Source: Candidatus Staskawiczbacteria bacterium (GTDB lineage Bacteria > Patescibacteriota > Minisyncoccia > Minisyncoccales > Staskawiczbacteraceae). Taken from it: a DNA stretch of 64,000 bases. Shown here one piece after another: positions 58,457 to 64,000 of the stretch (position 1 is the first letter of the stretch; the number at the start of each line of letters is the position of its first letter). The position numbers and the translations under genes are program-made. Location: contig CAISIO010000036.1 in assembly GCA_903885445.1 (NCBI GenBank), positions 37,485-101,484 on the forward strand, in the 5' to 3' direction. Under the pieces are notes generated by a model. It worked only from the letters and a program-made list of their open reading frames with translations. It did no database searches and was not told the origin of the DNA.

Positions 58457-59155
58457 CTACTTCTTCTCCGCCTCGACCTTGAACTTGCCCTCCTTGATTC
58501 TCAGTTGCTCCTCCTGCTGGAGTTGCCAGTCGTGAGCGGCCTTGCTCATGTTGTACATACCCGTCACCTCGTCTTGTGGGTTGACGAGATCAATAGGGTA
58601 ATCGGTGATCAGGTAACCAATGCCGCCCGCCGTACCATACTGATGGTATCTGTGCATGGCGTCGAACCAGTAAATGTAGTTGTCCGATTCTCCACGGGTT
58701 CCGTCGGGGCCGATGGCCTCGTCTGTGAGAAAACCCTTATAGCTCGGTAGGCTGCTGGTGACCACGTTTTGACCATCAGCAACATAGTGCTTCGGTTCCA
58801 ACCGCTTGTTGGAACTGGTGACCTTGCAAGCCACCGGCATCCGCTTGATGATTTTGCCGTCCAGGGCCATCAAGTGAATCCACATCACCTTGGTGGGGTC
58901 ATTGGTCACCGCAATGCGGTCGTTGATGTTCTGCTGTTCGACCGTGTTGCCTCTGGAGTTCAGCGGTACTTTGACTGGAGAAGCTTGCTTGGCACCACTT
59001 GCCGATTCTTCGATCCTCCGATTATCGCACCCGCTCTGGCCTTGCCCTACCATCAGGCAGAGCACTCCGAACACAACCATTATTGTCGCCTTGCGCATGT
59101 TTGCGCTCCTTTCCAACTTCTCACGAGATTGTATGGACAAACCCCGCCATTTCAA
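58457..59155 (-). CDS. Hypothetical lipoprotein-like protein (GC-rich)
   Basis: Probable true start at internal MRKATIMVVFGVLCLMVGQGQSGC (signal + Cys). Confidence 0.4.
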   Translation of the reverse strand: MKWRGLSIQSREKLERSANMRKATIMVVFGVLCLMVGQGQSGCDNRRIEESASGAKQASPVKVPLNSRGNTVEQQNINDRIAVTNDPTKVMWIHLMALDGKIIKRMPVACKVTSSNKRLEPKHYVADGQNVVTSSLPSYKGFLTDEAIGPDGTRGESDNYIYWFDAMHRYHQYGTAGGIGYLITDYPIDLVNPQDEVTGMYNMSKAAHDWQLQQEEQLRIKEGKFKVEAEKK

Positions 59156-59326
59156 TGGCGAGATAAAACGAGGGGCTAGGACTTTTCTGCTAAAATGTCT
59201 CCTTTCAGATTTACAACGAACCGATTAGACAGCCACAAGCTGTCTAACTTACACTTTGGATTATAGCACTATTTATTATTAATGTCAACAGACGTAAAAC
59301 CAAAAAGCCGAGATAAAATCTCGGCG

Positions 59327-59340
59327 ATTGTCGCACAACA
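59327..59340 (+). repeat. 14-bp motif copy G (ATTGTCGCACAACA)
   Basis: Between stop of 59349..59870 and its GCCGAGAT..ATCTCGGC terminator. Confidence 0.7.
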
Positions 59341-59348
59341 AGATTATT

Positions 59349-59870
59349 TTATAAATTATATTCCCAGAAGGGTTGCCATTTGAAGGGAGTTTTTACGCAA
59401 TCTTCAAGAGTTTTGCCGGTCAGAGTATCTAATCCGAATTGAGTTGCGCGGTGGCCGACAACTAAAATTATCTTATCGGGATATTTTTGTTTCAATTCTT
59501 TAAAAAATTCTTGAACCCTTGTTATCGCCTGCTCATAGCTCTCGCCTTTTGGGAAAGGCATTTTTATTCTTTCTGCTTTCATTTTATCAACAATATTTTT
59601 GGGTTTGCCGTTAAAATCTCCGTAATTTAATTCGCGCAATCTTTTATCAATGATAACAGGAATTTTTTCTCTAAATGCAATTTTAACAGTATCTATTGCC
59701 CTAATTAAATCCGAGCAACAAATAATATCAAATTTTATATCTCCCAAAGCATTTTCCAGCTTTTTTGATTGTTGCACGCCCAACGGAGATAACTCAATAT
59801 TGTTCCAGCCGGAAGCTATGTCTTTTTCGTTATCAGTTGTTGTTGAATGGGTCGCAAAATATATCTTCAT
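59349..59870 (-). CDS. Histidine-phosphatase (phosphoglycerate-mutase-like) superfamily protein
   Basis: 173-aa, fold-level resemblance only (catalytic RHG replaced by THS at N-terminus), so assignment is tentative. Confidence 0.45.
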   Translation of the reverse strand: MKIYFATHSTTTDNEKDIASGWNNIELSPLGVQQSKKLENALGDIKFDIICCSDLIRAIDTVKIAFREKIPVIIDKRLRELNYGDFNGKPKNIVDKMKAERIKMPFPKGESYEQAITRVQEFFKELKQKYPDKIILVVGHRATQFGLDTLTGKTLEDCVKTPFKWQPFWEYNL

Positions 59871-60325
59871 AATGAATTTTCTTTGACCAGCTCTATCCTG
59901 GGCTCGCCGTCGCCGAAATAATTTTCTTTTTGCTCTTTTATTACAAAACCAAATGAAAGATAAATTTTCAGCGCGCCACTGTTTTCGGGATGCGTTACCA
60001 GCTCAATTCTTTTCATATTTTTCAGTTCTTCCAGCAAAAGCCGGGTTGCCTCCCGCCCAATCCCCTGTTTTTGAAATTGCGGGTCAATGGCAAGTCCCGA
60101 GATATAAGCAACGCCATCGGGCTTTATCTCGTAAGATGCGTCTCCGACAATTTTGCCATCACGCAAAATAAGATAAACCACTGCGTTATTTTTATTAAAA
60201 ACTTCTTCCCACCCTTTTTCTGTAATCTCAGCAGAATAGTTTTTGATGCCAATCAGCTTCTTTTCAATCTCTATCAAAACCGGAATGTCTTTAATTGTCG
60301 CTTTTTTAAAAATTATCTCCGCCAT
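59867..60325 (-). CDS. GNAT-family N-acetyltransferase
   Basis: Motif A ...QFQKQGIGREATRLLL... Confidence 0.8.
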   Translation of the reverse strand: MAEIIFKKATIKDIPVLIEIEKKLIGIKNYSAEITEKGWEEVFNKNNAVVYLILRDGKIVGDASYEIKPDGVAYISGLAIDPQFQKQGIGREATRLLLEELKNMKRIELVTHPENSGALKIYLSFGFVIKEQKENYFGDGEPRIELVKENSL

Positions 60326-60344
60326 AAAAATCTTTATTGTTCTG

Positions 60345-60406
60345 TTATTTTACTCTTTATCTATTTCTTTTCAATCACCGCCATCGGGTCAACGAACTGA
60401 CCCGAT
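60345..60406. repeat. Promoter module + 24-bp palindrome, copy R2/P2 (ATCGGGTCA-ACGAAC-TGACCCGAT at 60383-60406)
   Basis: ~62 bp near-identical to 62462-62523. Confidence 0.75.
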
Positions 60407-60503
60407 AAAATTTGCAAGAAAAATGGCCCGGCAACCAGCATCCTTGCTGGTCATCGGGCCTTTGTGTCGCGCTCGCTATATGCGAGCAAAACCTGTTAGA
60501 GGA

Positions 60504-60878
60504 CTAACCCTCCTCATCGTCCTCGTCGAGGGGTCTGTCTTTCTTGCCTTCATCCTCATCGTCATCTTCCTCGTCCTCGTCATCGTCGGGGAAGAGACTC
60601 CAGTCTTCCTCTTCCTCGTCGTCGTCATCGTCAAGGTTCTGATCCAGGAGGTTCCCCTCGGCGAGCTCTCGGGCGGTCGCGGCGAGCCACTCACGGAGTT
60701 CTTCCGGCGTGACGCCCATCTCCTTGGCAGCACGGAGGAAAAGCTCTTTGTCGAGTTCCTCGGTACTGTCGTTCAAGGGAAGATCTTCGCCAGGGTATTT
60801 CTCCGGCTTCAGCTCCTTCTCTTTCCAGTTCCACTCGTCCACCGCCAGGCCAATCGTCTCAATCCTTGCCTTGTCCAC
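60504..60878 (-). CDS. Hypothetical highly acidic protein (GC-rich), paralog of 61192..61536
   Basis: GTG start with AAGGAGA SD. Shares ...VDEWNWKEKE...LFLRAAKEMGVTPEELREW... with neighbour. Poly-D/E tail. Terminator at 60420-60470. Confidence 0.45.
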   Translation of the reverse strand: MDKARIETIGLAVDEWNWKEKELKPEKYPGEDLPLNDSTEELDKELFLRAAKEMGVTPEELREWLAATARELAEGNLLDQNLDDDDDEEEEDWSLFPDDDEDEEDDDEDEGKKDRPLDEDDEEG

Positions 60879-61191
60879 GTCAGTCTCCTTTTCTCGGCGC
60901 TACTTGTCCTTGTGTTATCGCCAACAGTTGCTCTGGCGCTTCAGCGGCGGTTAAGGCAACTGTTTTCGTACTATGAATATAATATCATATATAGAAATTA
61001 CGTCAATATTAAAATCAAACAAAAAGTACGGTAGCCTAAGAGCACGATTTCGCTATCTTAATGCGGATTAAATTAGTCCGCATCGCGGTTTTCTGCTAAG
61101 CCTTAATTCGCGCAAAAAAATCCCCGAGCACGCGATGATCTGCGTGTCCGGGGTCCCTTCTCGCCTTGCTGAAGCGAGAACTTACGACAAT

Positions 61192-61536
61192 TCATGCTCC
61201 CGCGCCTCGTCGGTCAGCTCTCTTCCCACACTGTTGGTCGGAGCGAGCGCGGCAAGGATGTCCGTCTGTGCTGAGCATATCAGCTATGCGCAGTGGACTC
61301 ACGTTTGGAGAAGGCGCTCCGAGCGGTCCGCACAGATCCTCCTCGAACCAATTGTGTAGTTCGTCTGGTTCGATGCTCATTTCCCGGGCCGCGCGGAGAA
61401 ACAATTTCCTGTTTTCCCCCTCAGTGTTGACGGTCAGTGCAGGAATGGCATTGGGAAAGTCTTTTCCCACTTGCTCCTTATCGTTCCATTCTTTCACCAG
61501 CCTTTCAATGTCGCCGAAACGCACATGTGTCATCAT
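61192..61536 (-). CDS. Hypothetical protein (GC-rich), paralog of 60504..60878
   Basis: AAGGAGA SD. ...VKEWNDKEQV...LFLRAAREMSIEPDELHNW... Confidence 0.45.
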   Translation of the reverse strand: MMTHVRFGDIERLVKEWNDKEQVGKDFPNAIPALTVNTEGENRKLFLRAAREMSIEPDELHNWFEEDLCGPLGAPSPNVSPLRIADMLSTDGHPCRARSDQQCGKRADRRGAGA

Positions 61537-61655
61537 GATTGTCTCCTTTTTCGGCCTATGCTCGTCGCACGTTATTTATATATAAAATACCACATATAAA
61601 AATGTGTGTCAATAAAAATAAAAGCAAACAAAAAGCCGATATTGAAGTGTCGGCT

Positions 61656-61669
61656 TTTGTCGCACAATA
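61656..61669 (+). repeat. 14-bp motif copy H (TTTGTCGCACAATA)
   Basis: Between stop of HIT gene (61673) and its GCCGACA..TCGGC terminator. Confidence 0.75.
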
Positions 61670-61672
61670 TAA

Positions 61673-62128
61673 TTATTTTAGCAAAGCTATGATTTTATTT
61701 TTTTCTTCCTCGGATAAATCTTTGTATAACGGGTCTTTGAATTTTTCAGCTTTTTCTTGGAGCTCGTCCTGAAAATCTCTTGGCAAAAGATGAAAATGCA
61801 CGTGGCCAACATGCGTTTGGCTGTTTTTTACGTAGGGTTTAAAGTTTTGCCTGATATCGCACCCCGATGATAATTTTTCCAGTATCTTTCCCTGAAACTC
61901 CACAAGCAAATCAAAAATTTCGCTTTGTTCTTCTTTTGTCAGCTGGGAAATACTTGTGACATGCCTTTTAGGAATAATAAGTGTGTGCCCCGCAACCAAT
62001 CTTGGATTGCTCAAAATAACATAAGCATTCTCTGTCTCTTTAATAGTCCTGTCTTCCTTGTATATATTGCAAAACGGACAATCCATAATTTTATTTTCCA
62101 TTATTGATATACTTTGATAATTTTTCAA
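61673..62128 (-). CDS. HIT-family nucleotide hydrolase/transferase
   Basis: Histidine triad HVGHVHFHLLPR, ...HTLIIPKRHV... Confidence 0.8.
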   Translation of the reverse strand: MKNYQSISIMENKIMDCPFCNIYKEDRTIKETENAYVILSNPRLVAGHTLIIPKRHVTSISQLTKEEQSEIFDLLVEFQGKILEKLSSGCDIRQNFKPYVKNSQTHVGHVHFHLLPRDFQDELQEKAEKFKDPLYKDLSEEEKNKIIALLK

Positions 62129-62456
62129 TCATATCAGGCGAATCATCGTATTCTATAAAATTCTCGGTTAATTTGCCGATGGATTTTGAATATTTGCTTC
62201 CCGTCTTGAAAATGCAGACAACCGGTATGTTAAAAACATCAGCCCAGCCCAATTCAATGCCTTGCCCCGTTGAAGAAAATGATATTTCAGCCACCACAAG
62301 GTTGCTATCTTTAATTATATCTTTTGTGATAACGTCTTTGCCATTCTCGTGAGGAAAAGATATTTCATGCTGTTTATTTATCTCCGAATTTCTAAGCGGA
62401 ATATATATCTGATTTTCAAAATCAAAACTGCTTGAGTGGCTAACAAATATTTTCAT
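62091..62456 (-). CDS. Nucleoside 2-deoxyribosyltransferase-like protein
   Basis: 121-aa flavodoxin-like fold pattern MKIFVSHSS...VVAEIS...GQGIELGWADVFNIPVV. Confidence 0.5.
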   Translation of the reverse strand: MKIFVSHSSSFDFENQIYIPLRNSEINKQHEISFPHENGKDVITKDIIKDSNLVVAEISFSSTGQGIELGWADVFNIPVVCIFKTGSKYSKSIGKLTENFIEYDDSPDMIEKLSKYINNGK

Positions 62457-62461
62457 ATTGC

Positions 62462-62523
62462 TTATTTTACTCTTTATCTATTTCTTTTCAACCGATGCCA
62501 TCGGGTCAACGAACTGACCCGAT
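62462..62523. repeat. Promoter module + 24-bp palindrome, copy R3/P3 (ATCGGGTCA-ACGAAC-TGACCCGAT at 62500-62523)
   Basis: Near-identical to 60345-60406. Additional nested palindrome CCGATGCCATCGG. Confidence 0.75.
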
Positions 62524-62596
62524 AAAACAGGCAAAAAAAACAGCTTCACTCCAAGTGAGCCTTGATGTGAAGCCTGCGTCGCAACGAAGCGTCCGC

Positions 62597-62965
62597 CTAG
62601 AGGGCGAGCTTCTTGCACAATCGTGCGACATCACTGCTGACCTGCAATGCCCTGGCGCAGAACTCCTCTGGGCTTTTGCCCTCCTTGGCGGCCAGCTTTG
62701 CGATTACATCCTGCCTAAGGGAGTGAGTTTTGGCGATGACCTTCCCGGGTACGTCTGGCGAAACGCCAAGCGTAACGGCAATCTGGTCCAGGGTCGGCAT
62801 GGCACCGCCGGCTACCAGAACCTTCAAGGTCAAGTATCCTACGACGGCCCGGGACTGCTTGCCCCGATCCACTGGCGGACTCGCGGCCGGCTTAGCCTCG
62901 GTTTCGACTTCTGTTCCATTGGGCATGTTGCACCATTCCTTTTCTGTGGCCAATTGTTGCGACAC
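62597..62965 (-). CDS. Hypothetical small protein with possible HTH (GC-rich)
   Basis: ...PTLDQIAVTLGVSPDVPGKVIAK resembles a helix-turn-helix. Terminator GCTTCAC..GTGAAGC + T8. Confidence 0.4.
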   Translation of the reverse strand: MSQQLATEKEWCNMPNGTEVETEAKPAASPPVDRGKQSRAVVGYLTLKVLVAGGAMPTLDQIAVTLGVSPDVPGKVIAKTHSLRQDVIAKLAAKEGKSPEEFCARALQVSSDVARLCKKLAL

Positions 62966-63083
62966 CTATATTTAATATAATCTCTGTAGGTTTTCTGTCA
63001 ACATGAAAAAATCTCAAATGAGTAGAATTACGCGAATAATTTTACAAAAAAATGCCCCTTAATTTTTATCAAGGGGCTGAAAG

Positions 63084-63944
63084 TCACAAAAGATCAGAGA
63101 GCAAATCCACAAAGCGCGAGCTGGGGCCCTCTAACCCTTTAACTTGCCTGCTTAAGTCTCCGCATCGCACAACTCTCGAGGAGCATTTCTCGATTTCCTC
63201 AAACAGAGCGATAGTTTGGGACAGGCAAAACCGAGAAAACGATAATTGGAATTTGGACGGAATAGATGCCCATTCCCCGGGACGCCCGAACGGGAAAATG
63301 TATGGCACGCCTATATTTTCCCCCGTGTTAAGCAGGCGGCCTGAAAGTGGCACGCCCGGATAGAAATCCCGCTCGCACAGTTCGTCTATTACGCCGTTGT
63401 ACAGGCGCACATAACGGGTTTCACATCCCATATCGGCCAGTTTGTTCCTTCCCTCAGCGATTGCAATTCCTATGCAAACAACGGGAACTCGTATGCCTGC
63501 TCTGTTGAGAAGGTCAATCACCCGGCTTATGGAAACGCCCGAATAGACTACATCATCAACAAGGACGACCTCTCGCGTGTTGGATTCCCTAAGCTGCCGT
63601 ATTTGTTTAAGCACCGGGTCAGACCCTGCTCTGCGTCCTATCCCCCTGTCTTTGCCCTGTTCGTCAACTAAGCGGGCAACCTTAATTGTTAACTGCGCGG
63701 GGAAGTACGCTTCGTCCAGAGATACAGTGGCTAATCCAAGACTGAAAATAATCCGATTAAGTCCTTCTGTAATCTCGGCCTCTCCGACGAATTCAAAGCC
63801 CGTAAACATCCTCCGCATAAATTCGGAGAAGTCCCGGCGCAACTCGTCGAAAAATTGTTGCGGGGGCAGGATAAATCCTTTTTCGCGCGCCCATTTTTCC
63901 AGCAAAAGATGGATGTCCTCGGAGACAACATAAGGAATGCTCAT
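63084..63944 (-). CDS. Phosphoribosyltransferase-domain protein (GC-rich)
   Basis: Type I PRTase PRPP-binding motif EVVLVDDVVYSGVSISRVIDLL. Confidence 0.5.
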   Translation of the reverse strand: MSIPYVVSEDIHLLLEKWAREKGFILPPQQFFDELRRDFSEFMRRMFTGFEFVGEAEITEGLNRIIFSLGLATVSLDEAYFPAQLTIKVARLVDEQGKDRGIGRRAGSDPVLKQIRQLRESNTREVVLVDDVVYSGVSISRVIDLLNRAGIRVPVVCIGIAIAEGRNKLADMGCETRYVRLYNGVIDELCERDFYPGVPLSGRLLNTGENIGVPYIFPFGRPGEWASIPSKFQLSFSRFCLSQTIALFEEIEKCSSRVVRCGDLSRQVKGLEGPSSRFVDLLSDLL

Positions 63945-64000
63945 CGGTCTCTCCTAAAAAGTGTTGTAAAAGTCCAATCCCTCCAGAAGTAACAAAAAAT

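Noticed and set aside
58016-58750. 244-aa plus-strand ORF
   Set aside because: Antisense to two well-supported GC-rich minus genes. Leu/Arg-rich and typical of a GC-rich antisense frame.
60243-61034. 263-aa plus-strand ORF (and similar 62495..62980)
   Set aside because: Start inside the duplicated promoter module and run antisense through GC-rich genes. The shared N-terminus (SGQRTDPIK) is just the repeat translated.
15898-61669. 14-bp motif as a Xer/dif core site
   Set aside because: Arms only 4-5 bp with a 3-bp spacer. No second inverted arm in the flanks.
1-64000. CRISPR arrays, rRNA genes, transposase/IS elements
   Set aside because: No regularly spaced direct repeats, no rRNA-like conserved stretches and no transposase-like ORFs were seen.

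Overview
The window is AT-rich and looks like a small, streamlined bacterial chromosome segment, possibly from a Patescibacteria/CPR-like organism. That lineage call is inference from gene content and compactness. Standard genetic code is supported by full-length pyrG, gltX and dnaK.

Core content: rplI, rpmA, pyrG, uppS, ctpA-like S41 peptidase, gltX, a murI-murD-ftsW-murG block, an hrcA-grpE...dnaK-dnaJ heat-shock cluster with a CIRCE-like operator, msrA/msrB, xseA/xseB, two MFS exporters with HlyD adaptors, a MacAB-like ABC efflux set, an ECF sigma/anti-sigma pair, a NOX/ferric-reductase-like flavocytochrome, tRNA-Ala(GGC), tRNA-Lys(UUU), and several very large repetitive surface proteins.

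Main observations worth a second look:
- (i) Gene orientation switches from mostly + to almost exclusively - at about 18.8 kb. At that point a 9-6-9 inverted-repeat site lies between a DnaQ-like exonuclease gene and a xer-family tyrosine recombinase gene. This is a plausible dif/terminus.
- (ii) Two further near-identical copies of that site sit at 60.4 and 62.5 kb. Each is fused to a duplicated promoter module, and together they flank a 2.1-kb gene module.
- (iii) A 14-bp motif with a palindromic core (TTTGTCGCACAATA) occurs 8 times, always on the presumptive lagging strand. Its orientation flips across the putative terminus, and four copies sit between a stop codon and a terminator hairpin.
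- (iv) About ten GC-rich micro-islands, all on the minus strand, each carry self-contained units: a near-consensus TTGACT-16/17-TATTAT promoter, a strong SD, a small unknown ORF and a terminator. In the last 9 kb these alternate regularly with AT-rich two-gene blocks of nucleotide-housekeeping enzymes (NUDIX, histidine phosphatase+GNAT, HIT+nucleoside deoxyribosyltransferase-like).
- (v) Two 350-400 nt GC-rich, highly structured, promoter-to-terminator transcripts without credible ORFs are candidate structured ncRNAs of unknown class.

All product calls rest on motif recognition by eye. No database searches were run.
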